A stretch of DNA of 64,000 bases. Origin: an uncultured Bacteroides sp. (GTDB taxonomy: Bacteria; Bacteroidota; Bacteroidia; Bacteroidales; Bacteroidaceae). The translations under genes and the position numbers were made by a program. Below, one piece after another: positions 9,729-17,525 of the stretch. Position 1 is the stretch's first letter. Each line of letters starts with the position of its first letter. The notes under the pieces are model-generated. The model had not been told where the DNA came from, made no database searches, and saw nothing but the letters and a program-made list of their open reading frames with translations. Location: contig CAUFUE010000018.1 in the NCBI GenBank assembly GCA_959029255.1, positions 39,726 through 103,725 of the forward strand, read 5' to 3'.

Positions 9729-10010
9729 TTTTTTCACCACGGAGGACACGGAGGTCACAGAGGTTTTTTAATTTTTCAGACGCAGATAACGCAGATGACG
9801 CTGATTTTTTTCTTAAATAGCGGCATTTTTATTTTTATTAGCAGCAACTCTATCTGTCATCCTGAGCGAAGTCGAAGGATCTCTTCCCTCTTATATATTA
9901 AAAGAGTAGATGCTTCGACTTCGCTCAGCATGACAGATAGTAACAGAGTAAAAAATCCGCGTCATCCGCGTCTGAAAAATGAAAACCTCCGTGTCCTCCG
10001 TAGTGAAAAA
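9729..10010. repeat. Three-layer nested palindromic (REP/MITE-like) element
   Basis: Outer TTTTTCACCACGGAGGACACGGAGG / CCTCCGTGTCCTCCGTAGTGAAAAA; middle TTTTTCAGACGCAGAT / ATCCGCGTCTGAAAAA; inner TGTCATCCTGAGCGAAGTCGAAG / CTTCGACTTCGCTCAGCATGACA. Confidence 0.85.
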
Positions 10011-10039
10011 CCAAAAATCGTTGCAAAGTTATAAAAAAC

Positions 10040-10073
10040 AAAGAGCGGCACAAAATGGTTTTGCGCCGCTCTT
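10040..10073 (-). terminator. Intrinsic terminator after uxaA
   Basis: AAGAGCGGC...GCCGCTCTT stem next to an A-run on the plus strand. Confidence 0.7.
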
Positions 10074-10113
10074 ATTATAATTAGCTATTTGTCTCCGTCT
10101 TTTTAACTTCTTT

Positions 10114-11604
10114 CTACAGCGTCACCCCAGTTTTGAAGATAGCGATTTCTTTATACCCCTTCTTCTCATTATTCACAAACTCACCGCTTGCCACCCGGAT
10201 CACATACTCTATGAACCGTTCGCATGTCTTCTCCATCGGCTCATTTTCGAGGATGACCCCTGCATTGAAGTCAATCCATCCCGGTTTATTCTTGGCGAGA
10301 GTCGAATTTGTAGAAATTTTCATCGTCGGCACATACGTTCCGAAAGGCGTTCCGCGTCCGGTAGTAAACAGCACGATATGGCATCCGCATGAAGCAAGCG
10401 CGGTAGCCGCCACCAAGTCATTGCCCGGAGCGGAAAGCAGATTTAAACCTTTCACCTTCAGGCGCTCACCGTAAGGTAATACCCCTTCCACATAACTCTT
10501 GCCACATTTCTGCGTACATCCCAACGCTTTGTCTTCCAAAGTCGAGATACCACCGGCCTTGTTGCCTGGAGAAGGGTTTTCACCCACCGGTTCACCATGG
10601 GAGAGGAAATACTCCTTGAAGTCATTAATCAGTTTCACCGTTTCGTTAAACAACTCCTTGTTGCGGCATCGGTTCATCAGGATAGTCTCCGCGCCAAACA
10701 TTTCCGGTACTTCCGTCAGTACGCTCGTTCCTCCCTGGGCAACGAGGAAGTCAGAAAACATTCCCAGCAACGGATTGGCAGTGATACCCGAGAAACCGTC
10801 GGAGCCGCCGCATTTCAATCCTACGCGTAACTCGCTCAAAGGCACTTCCACACGTTCGTCCCGGCTTGCCTTCTCGTAAAGTTCACGCAGCAGCTTCATT
10901 CCTTCTTCATATTCATCCTCCACCTTCTGTGTCACCATAAATTTCACGCGGTCGGTGTCATAATCACCCAGGAACTCACGGAATGCGTCCGGCTGGTTGT
11001 TTTCGCAACCCAGACTGACTACAAGTACCGCCCCGGCATTGGGGTGCAACACCATGTCACGCAATATTTTCTTCGTATTCTCATGGTCGTCCCCCAACTG
11101 TGAGCAACCATAATTATGAGGATAAGCCATGATCGCGTCCACCCCTTTGCCGCCCGTCTCACGGCGCAATCCTTCTGCAAGTTGGTTGATGATGCCGTTT
11201 ACGCAGCCCACGGTAGGGATAATCCAGATTTCATTGCGCACACCCACATCACCGTTTTTACGGCGATATCCTTTGAATGTCAAATCCTTCTTCGGTATAT
11301 TCAGCGACACTTCCGTCGGGTTATACGTATACTCCAGCAAACCCGCAAGATTTGTCTTGATGTTGTTTTCATTCATCCAGTCCCCCTGCTTCTTTGCCAT
11401 ACGCGCATGTCCGATCGGATATCCGTATTTCACTACATTTTCGCCTTCGGCAAAGTCTTTCAGCGCAAATTTATGTCCGGCGGGTACATCCTCGTTCAAA
11501 ACGATTTCCTTTCCGTCCACCGTGAGTTTTTCGCCTGCCGTCAGTGCCACGATAGCCACTGCAACATTATCCGCAGGATTGATTTTAAGGTACTTTGTTT
11601 CCAT
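10114..11604 (-). CDS. uxaA: Altronate dehydratase (UxaA family, SAF domain)
   Basis: GHKFALK, GVRNEIWIIPTVGC, HPNAG, LKCGGSDGFSG and NPSPGNKAGG motifs. Likely start is METKY at 11604; the longer ORF runs through repeat DNA. Confidence 0.93.
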   Translation of the reverse strand: METKYLKINPADNVAVAIVALTAGEKLTVDGKEIVLNEDVPAGHKFALKDFAEGENVVKYGYPIGHARMAKKQGDWMNENNIKTNLAGLLEYTYNPTEVSLNIPKKDLTFKGYRRKNGDVGVRNEIWIIPTVGCVNGIINQLAEGLRRETGGKGVDAIMAYPHNYGCSQLGDDHENTKKILRDMVLHPNAGAVLVVSLGCENNQPDAFREFLGDYDTDRVKFMVTQKVEDEYEEGMKLLRELYEKASRDERVEVPLSELRVGLKCGGSDGFSGITANPLLGMFSDFLVAQGGTSVLTEVPEMFGAETILMNRCRNKELFNETVKLINDFKEYFLSHGEPVGENPSPGNKAGGISTLEDKALGCTQKCGKSYVEGVLPYGERLKVKGLNLLSAPGNDLVAATALASCGCHIVLFTTGRGTPFGTYVPTMKISTNSTLAKNKPGWIDFNAGVILENEPMEKTCERFIEYVIRVASGEFVNNEKKGYKEIAIFKTGVTL

Positions 11605-11610
11605 CTTTTT

Positions 11611-11755
11611 ATTTACGATTTTACGATTTACGATTAGGGTCACTTTATTTACGATTTTACAATTTACGATTGAGGTTTGTTTACGGTAGGTAGTTCCTTT
11701 TTTTTGAGAATTTGCTATTTCCAATCGTACATCGTACATCGTAAAATCGTACATT
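11611..11755. repeat. Inverted heptamer-repeat element (ATTTACG)n...(CGTACAT)n
   Basis: Fills the gap between the LacI stop codon and the uxaA start codon. Confidence 0.85.
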
Positions 11756-11767
11756 TCCCCTCTCTTT

Positions 11768-12826
11768 TTATTTATTATAATAAAACTCAATATTTTCCTT
11801 TGTCAACAAATCAATTGGCATGAAGTTCTCCCTTGCCACCTCTTTCTTTAGAATCAGATGGTCGCACAACGTCTTGATGCCATCAAAACCTTGTAGCGTA
11901 GGCTGTTGGGCAATCAGGAAGAAAATGCTTCCTTGTTTCAGGCAAGCCACGTTCCGTTGCAGCAAGTCATACCCCATAAGGTTGAAATCCGTTTTCTGTT
12001 GTTTCTGTAGGTACTCCCCGATGATATAAGCCTTGGAGTTGAATGTAATACCGTTTTTCACCGTGGGGTGAGCCTGGAAAAACTTATCCAGCATCTGTGA
12101 GTCCTCACTGTCACGTTTTGCATGCAAGTCCAGTTCCCAGATGCGGCAATCCGGATGATGCCCCTTCATATATTCCCTGAAACCTATTTCCCGGCGTTCC
12201 TGCTGGTTAGACCCCACAATACCTTCATTTATCTTACGGAAAATCACCACCTCCTGCGCATCTTCGCCCGCAAGCAACATCAGCATCCGTGCGGCGAAAT
12301 ACCCGCTTTGGTGTGAATTCTGTCCGAAGAAGGAGAGGGCAGGGGCTTCTTTTATATTTGAGTCTATATATATATAAGGTATAAGGTGCGTTTCCAGTTC
12401 GTTTGTAAAAGGAGTAGTATATTGCGGGGCGGTAGGGGCAAACATCACCCCGTCCGGTTCTTGCTCCAGAATTGTGCGCGCTGCTTTGGCGAACGAACGG
12501 TAATCGTACGGGTCATAATAAGAAAGTTCCACCGTGATGTTGAAATCCGAATAAGTAGCCAGCGCATCCTGTATTCCACTCTCCACATCCGTCCAATATT
12601 CACCCTTCTCATGTTGCGGCAGCAGGCATGCAAAAGCATACTTCTTATTGGAAGCCAAAGCGCTGGCATACATGTTAGGCTGATAATTCAGTTGTTTCAG
12701 GATTTCCTCCACCCGTTTTTTGCTGGCTTCGGATACTCCGCTTCGTCCGTGGATGACGCGGTCTACGGTTCCCACCGACACATCCGCCATTTTGGCGATG
12801 TCTTTAATTCTGATTCTTTCTGCCAT
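11768..12826 (-). CDS. LacI-family transcriptional regulator (hexuronate catabolism)
   Basis: IKDIAKMADVSVGTVDRVIHGR helix-turn-helix, YQPN..ASAL hinge and sugar-binding domain; divergent from kdgK. Confidence 0.92.
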   Translation of the reverse strand: MAERIRIKDIAKMADVSVGTVDRVIHGRSGVSEASKKRVEEILKQLNYQPNMYASALASNKKYAFACLLPQHEKGEYWTDVESGIQDALATYSDFNITVELSYYDPYDYRSFAKAARTILEQEPDGVMFAPTAPQYTTPFTNELETHLIPYIYIDSNIKEAPALSFFGQNSHQSGYFAARMLMLLAGEDAQEVVIFRKINEGIVGSNQQERREIGFREYMKGHHPDCRIWELDLHAKRDSEDSQMLDKFFQAHPTVKNGITFNSKAYIIGEYLQKQQKTDFNLMGYDLLQRNVACLKQGSIFFLIAQQPTLQGFDGIKTLCDHLILKKEVARENFMPIDLLTKENIEFYYNK

Positions 12827-12870
12827 CTGGTTATACAATTATTCATTTACAATTTACATTGTACATCTTT

Positions 12871-12886
12871 TTGTGTCCGCACACAA
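12871..12886. promoter_or_regulatory. Putative LacI-family operator TTGTGTCCGCACACAA
   Basis: Near-palindrome with central CG; second copy at 12953-12968. Confidence 0.65.
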
Positions 12887-12947
12887 TAATAATCTCAATA
12901 TTTTCGATACAAATATATAACAATTTTTGTAATTACGAAAATTGTTG

Positions 12948-12968
12948 TATCTTTGTGCCCGCACACGA
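12948..12968 (+). promoter_or_regulatory. kdgK -7 promoter element TATCTTTG overlapped by second operator TTGTGCCCGCACACGA
   Basis: TAnnTTTG at 12948-12955; operator-like palindrome at 12953-12968. Confidence 0.65.
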
Positions 12969-13096
12969 AAGCTATGAAGAACAAACCTGTTTTAAGTTTA
13001 CTCTCCATAGAATCAGATGCTTAACCTCTGTTTAGGGGTGAAAATGACAAATTGAAAGGAATAAATTAATCACATATTTAATAAAAACATAGAATT

Positions 13097-14122
13097 ATGG
13101 GAAAGAAAGTCGTTACATTAGGTGAGATTATGTTGAGACTGTCCACTCCGGGAAACACTCGTTTCGTACAGTCCGATTCTTTTGATGTAGTATATGGCGG
13201 TGGTGAAGCCAACGTTGCTGTCAGCTGTGCCAACTACGGTCATGATGCTTACTTTGTAACAAAGTTGCCGAAACATGAAATCGGTCAGTCAGCAGTCAAT
13301 GCATTGCGCAAATACGGTGTAAAGACAGACTTCATCGCACGTGGTGGCGATCGTGTAGGTATCTATTATCTGGAAACCGGTGCATCTATGCGTCCCAGCA
13401 AGGTTATCTACGACCGTGCACATTCTTCAATTGCCGAAGCGGATCCTTCTGATTTCGATTTCGACGCAATCATGGAAGGCGCCGACTGGTTCCACTGGTC
13501 AGGTATCACTCCCGCCATTTCCGACAAAGCAGCCGAGTTGACCCGCCTGGCTTGTGAAGCTGCCAAGCGTCACGGTGTTACGGTATCCGTTGACCTCAAT
13601 TTCCGTAAGAAACTCTGGACAAAAGAAAAAGCCCAGTCCATCATGAAACCGTTGATGCAATTCGTGGACGTATGTATCGGCAATGAAGAAGATGCCGAAC
13701 TCTGCCTCGGTTTCAAGCCAGATGCTGATGTAGAAGGCGGTAAGACGGATGCTGAAGGTTACAAAGGCATCTTCAAGGCCATGGCTAAAGAATTCGGCTT
13801 CAAATATGTAATCTCTACCCTGCGTGAATCATTCTCTGCCACCCACAACGGTTGGAAAGCAATGATTTATAACGGCGAAGAATTCTACGAATCCAAGCGT
13901 TACGACATCAACCCGATTATAGACCGTGTAGGTGGTGGTGACTCCTTCTCAGGCGGTATCATCCACGGTCTGCTGACGAAGCCCAACCAAGGTGCGGCTC
14001 TTGAATTCGCCGTAGCTGCTTCCGCCCTGAAACACACCATCAATGGTGACTTCAACCTCGTTTCTACCGAAGAAGTAGAAGCTTTGGCGGGAGGGGACGC
14101 AAGCGGACGCGTACAACGCTAA
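13097..14122 (+). CDS. kdgK: 2-keto-3-deoxygluconate kinase (PfkB family)
   Basis: GEIMLRLS, GGGEANVA, DLNFRKKLW and DRVGGGDSF motifs; context with uxaA and eda. Confidence 0.93.
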   Translation: MGKKVVTLGEIMLRLSTPGNTRFVQSDSFDVVYGGGEANVAVSCANYGHDAYFVTKLPKHEIGQSAVNALRKYGVKTDFIARGGDRVGIYYLETGASMRPSKVIYDRAHSSIAEADPSDFDFDAIMEGADWFHWSGITPAISDKAAELTRLACEAAKRHGVTVSVDLNFRKKLWTKEKAQSIMKPLMQFVDVCIGNEEDAELCLGFKPDADVEGGKTDAEGYKGIFKAMAKEFGFKYVISTLRESFSATHNGWKAMIYNGEEFYESKRYDINPIIDRVGGGDSFSGGIIHGLLTKPNQGAALEFAVAASALKHTINGDFNLVSTEEVEALAGGDASGRVQR

Positions 14123-14126
14123 GTTC

Positions 14127-14598
14127 ATTTACTATTAGACTATTTACCATTTACTATTTGATACTCTTGTTGATGACGACGGAAGAATTGAGAAACAGAT
14201 TGAAAGCGTTTGCTATAAGAATTGTCAAATTGGTGGATAAATTGCCTAATACATCGGCTGGTAGGGCTGTTGGAAATCAGATTGTTCGTTCCGGGACGTC
14301 TCCAGCCGCAAATTATCGAGCCGCTTGTTTAGGAAAATCAGACAAAGATTTCTTAAACAAATTGAAAATGGTGGAAGAAGAACTCGATGAGACTTTGTAT
14401 TGGATAGAACTTCTTGGTGATACAGCATTGGTAAAATCTGAATTACTTTCGGATTTATATAAAGAAAACGAAGAACTTCTGAAAATAATAGTCAGTTCGA
14501 TAACCACTATGAAGGCAAGAATGAATGGTAAATAGTTTAATAAAAGAATAAGCAGCAAAACATTCAAATAGTAAATAGTAAATCGTCAAATAGTAAAT
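14127..14598. mobile_element. Heptamer inverted-repeat element (35-bp arms at 14127-14161 and 14564-14598) enclosing a four-helix-bundle ORF
   Basis: Left arm ATTTACT ATTAGACT ATTTACC ATTTACT ATTTGA; right arm TCAAAT AGTAAAT AGTAAAT CGTCAAAT AGTAAAT; 32 of 35 positions complementary. Mobility is inferred, not shown. Confidence 0.65.
14173..14535 (+). CDS. Four helix bundle protein (23S rRNA IVS-protein / Avd-like fold, TIGR02436-type)
   Basis: FAIRIVKLVDKLP..GNQIVRSGTSPAANYRAAC..SDKDFLNKL..VEEELDETLYWIELL signature; AT-richer than its neighbours. Confidence 0.88.
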   Translation: MTTEELRNRLKAFAIRIVKLVDKLPNTSAGRAVGNQIVRSGTSPAANYRAACLGKSDKDFLNKLKMVEEELDETLYWIELLGDTALVKSELLSDLYKENEELLKIIVSSITTMKARMNGK

Positions 14599-14604
14599 AA
14601 GAAC

Positions 14605-15273
14605 ATGAGTAGATTTGATAAAATATCCGTCCTGGCCAAGATTGGTTCAACCGGAATGGTTCCTGTATTCTACCACAAAGATGCAGAAGTTGCAAAGAAA
14701 GTAGTAAAAGCTTGTTATGACGGAGGTGTCCGTGCTTTCGAATTCACTAACCGTGGCGACTTCGCTCACGAAGTATTTGCGGAAGTAGTGAAATTCGCAG
14801 CAAAAGAATGTCCGGAAATGGCAATGGGTGTAGGTTCCATCGTAGACCCTGCCACGGCAGCCCTGTACCTCCAGTTGGGTGCATGCTTCATTGTAGGTCC
14901 GTTGTTCAACCCCGAAATAGCTAAAATCTGCAACCGTCGTCTGGTAGCCTATACTCCGGGATGCGGAAGCGTTTCAGAAGTAGGTTTCGCACAAGAAGTA
15001 GGTTGCGATCTTTGCAAGATTTTCCCGGGCGACGTGCTCGGCGCTAAATTAGTGAAAGGCCTGTTGGCTCCGATGCCTTGGTCCAAACTGATGGTGACCG
15101 GTGGCGTAGAACCCACACAAGAAAACCTGACCTCTTGGATTAAAGCCGGTGTGTTCTGTGTAGGTATGGGCTCCAAACTCTTCCCGAAAGATAAAGTTGC
15201 CGCTGAAGACTGGACCTACGTTACCGAAAAATGTAAGGAAGCTTTGGCTTATATTGCGGAAGCAAGAAAATAA
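14605..15273 (+). CDS. eda: 2-keto-3-deoxy-6-phosphogluconate / KHG aldolase
   Basis: FEFTNRG, GVGSIVD, KIFPG and MVTGGV motifs; follows kdgK. Confidence 0.93.
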   Translation: MSRFDKISVLAKIGSTGMVPVFYHKDAEVAKKVVKACYDGGVRAFEFTNRGDFAHEVFAEVVKFAAKECPEMAMGVGSIVDPATAALYLQLGACFIVGPLFNPEIAKICNRRLVAYTPGCGSVSEVGFAQEVGCDLCKIFPGDVLGAKLVKGLLAPMPWSKLMVTGGVEPTQENLTSWIKAGVFCVGMGSKLFPKDKVAAEDWTYVTEKCKEALAYIAEARK

Positions 15274-15285
15274 AAGAATGTGAGG

Positions 15286-15405
15286 ATTTACGATTTGACG
15301 ATTTACGATGTACGATTGGAGTCGGAATATTGAAATCGGAGTATTGATATAAAGGGAACTTTAATTGTCGAACTAATATTAATCGTAAATCGTCAAATCG
15401 TAAAT
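15286..15405. repeat. Inverted heptamer-repeat element (ATTTACG ATTTGACG ATTTACG ... CGTAAAT CGTCAAAT CGTAAAT)
   Basis: Read directly; begins 12 nt after the eda stop codon. Confidence 0.85.
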
Positions 15406-15442
15406 CTAAAAGAAATCGTTTTGTTTAAAGGTGTTTAAAGGG

Positions 15443-15487
15443 GACAGCCATCGAAGCGCTACGGTGCTTTGGTGGCTTGTTTTTTTT
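15443..15487 (+). terminator. Intrinsic terminator of kdgK-eda
   Basis: AGCCATCGAAGCGC..GTGCTTTGGTGGCT stem followed by a T-run. Confidence 0.7.
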
Positions 15488-15558
15488 GTTTATAAGTGTA
15501 AAAGCCCCTCCTGAAATCTAAAACAATGTTATAAAACATGCGATTTTACCCCATACCG

Positions 15559-15589
15559 TTTGCGAGCACGGAAAAAACACATACCTTTG
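15559..15589 (+). promoter_or_regulatory. Consensus Bacteroides promoter TTTG-N19-TACCTTTG
   Basis: -33 TTTG at 15559-15562 and -7 TACCTTTG at 15582-15589. Confidence 0.8.
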
Positions 15590-15594
15590 CAACG

Positions 15595-15901
15595 CAGTTG
15601 GGAAACTGCATGACAGTTTAATTACAAAAAAGTCTTTGTTTATAATAGGTAATTAGTTGATAGGTAAAAAGATTGAATTTGATTTTCATAAGCTAAAAAT
15701 AAGATTAATAATAGGTAATTAGGTAAAGGTAAAAAGTTGAACATTTGGAGTTTTTAGATAGGTAATTGAAAGTTGTTTTTTAGAGGTAAAAAGAAAGATT
15801 GATTTTTTGGATAACAAATAAGATGACGAATTAAAAGAAAAGCCTTATAAGGCTTTTCTTACACAAGGCGAGGGGCTCGGGAGAGTTTGCTCGTTTTTTT
15901 T
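15595..15901 (+). ncRNA. Putative ~300-nt non-coding RNA with seven AGGUAA motifs
   Basis: Own promoter, 5' hairpin GCAGTT-GGGA-AACTGC, no ORF (ATG ACA GTT TAA), perfect 26-bp palindrome at 15835-15860 and terminator at 15867-15901. Confidence 0.55.
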
Positions 15902-15984
15902 GTTATATTCCTTCCTCTTTTTTACATATTTTATTCAAACATATATTCTTTTTCGTATCTTTGTCCAATATATAGCGCGCAAAT

Positions 15985-16320
15985 ATGAAAAAGACCTTGC
16001 TTCTCATCTTGTTGGCCGCCTCCACGGTTGTCACGTCTTGCATGGATAAAGATATATACGATCCAAGCAAGCAGAAAAACGATAATTCTACGCAAGAGCT
16101 GGATTTGTCTTTCAAATATTACCGCATGGACAACACCTATCCCTGGGCATTGGACATCCCCCGTATATCCTCCGAAGCCCCCTCGTGGAGATATCCCCTT
16201 GAAGGAGAAAACATCACAGGTGTATATCTGAACTATGAGAAATGGATACATGATAAATCAGATTATAATTGGTTTGATTCCTCAGTTCCCGGAAATGTAG
16301 ATAGCGATAAATTGTATTAA
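15985..16320 (+). CDS. Short LruC-like lipoprotein (signal peptide joined to the LruC C-terminus; probable internal deletion)
   Basis: Lipobox VTSC-MDKDIYDP; YPWALDIP..WRYPLE resembles the C-termini of the two full-length LruC-like proteins at 43-48 kb. Confidence 0.65.
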   Translation: MKKTLLLILLAASTVVTSCMDKDIYDPSKQKNDNSTQELDLSFKYYRMDNTYPWALDIPRISSEAPSWRYPLEGENITGVYLNYEKWIHDKSDYNWFDSSVPGNVDSDKLY

Positions 16321-16331
16321 AGGAATAAACA

Positions 16332-17513
16332 TTGGAAAGCATTTTTCATATATTAGACTGGATATTATATGTGCTGTTTGCGATAAACGTATGCTATCTT
16401 TTGGTTTATAGTTTGGCTTCGCTTCGCCGGAAGCTTGAGAAGCCTGCTCCGGCGAAAGGACATAAACGTTTTGCCATATTCATCCCCGCCTATAAAGAAG
16501 ATGCCGTGATACACGAGTGCGTGCACTCCTGCCTGGAACAAGATTATCCGTCCGGCTGTTTTGATACGATTGTCATATCCGACAGCATGAAACCCGAGAC
16601 TAACGCCTCCCTTTCCGCCCTTCCCATCCGTCTGATAGAAGTCCACTTTGAAAAAAGTACCAAGTCAAAAGCCTTGAACGCCGCGATGGCCACCCTTGGC
16701 GACGACTACGACATAGCCCTGGTGCTCGATGCCGACAACGTCATCCCGTACGATTATCTGAATGACGTCAACGACCTCTATGCCCGTCCCGGTGTAGAAA
16801 TAGTGCAAACCCACCGCATGGCAAAGAATATCAACAGCAACATGGCGCTGCTCGATGCCATCAGCGAAGAAATCAATAATACGATTTTCCGTTTGGGACA
16901 CGTCAAGCTGGGCATGTCCGCCGCCCTCATCGGTTCGGGAATGGCCTTCCGCTACGATTTGTTCCGTGCAACGATGGCAAACGTCAAAGCGGTAGGCGGT
17001 TTCGACCGCGAGCTGGAACTGACCCTTCTCTATCAAGGCAAATATTTTCATTATCTGCCCGAGACATACGTCTTTGATGAAAAAATACAGAACACCGATG
17101 ACTTCTCCCGTCAGCGTCGTCGTTGGTTGTCGGCGCAGTGGCACTACTGCACCGTATTTGCCAAATATCTATGGAAAGCCATCTATAAGCGCAACTGGGA
17201 TTTTTGCGACAAGATGTTCCAGCAATTCTGCGCCCCCCGCCTGTTGCTATTAGGTTTTACCCTCATCTTCACCCTATTCTTCACTTTCTATAACTGGGTC
17301 TGGAGCCTGAAGTGGTGGGTGATGCTTGCCCTACTTGTCACAGCATTGCTCGTAGCCGTTCCCCGCCGATATTGCACCAGCCGCCTGGCTATGGCATTCA
17401 GGGAATTGCCCTATACTTTCCTGCTGATGTTGGCCAATGTGTTTAAATTAAGAGGAGCGAATAAAAACTTCATTCATACGTCACATGGCGTAGAAGCCGG
17501 GAATTCGAAATAA
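16332..17513 (+). CDS. GT2 glycosyltransferase, membrane-embedded (cellulose-synthase-like)
   Basis: IPAYKED, KSKALN, LDADN and RQRRRW motifs; N- and C-terminal TM helices. Confidence 0.88.
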   Translation: MESIFHILDWILYVLFAINVCYLLVYSLASLRRKLEKPAPAKGHKRFAIFIPAYKEDAVIHECVHSCLEQDYPSGCFDTIVISDSMKPETNASLSALPIRLIEVHFEKSTKSKALNAAMATLGDDYDIALVLDADNVIPYDYLNDVNDLYARPGVEIVQTHRMAKNINSNMALLDAISEEINNTIFRLGHVKLGMSAALIGSGMAFRYDLFRATMANVKAVGGFDRELELTLLYQGKYFHYLPETYVFDEKIQNTDDFSRQRRRWLSAQWHYCTVFAKYLWKAIYKRNWDFCDKMFQQFCAPRLLLLGFTLIFTLFFTFYNWVWSLKWWVMLALLVTALLVAVPRRYCTSRLAMAFRELPYTFLLMLANVFKLRGANKNFIHTSHGVEAGNSK

Positions 17514-17525
17514 CAGATACGACAA

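Noticed and set aside
11605..11790. 62-aa N-terminal extension of UxaA in the ORF track
   Set aside because: It is a translation of heptamer repeat DNA (MYDFTMYDVR, IVNCKIVN); the recognisable protein starts at METKY (11604).
14173..14535. Diversity-generating retroelement suggested by the Avd-like fold
   Set aside because: No reverse transcriptase and no template/variable repeat pair was seen in the window.
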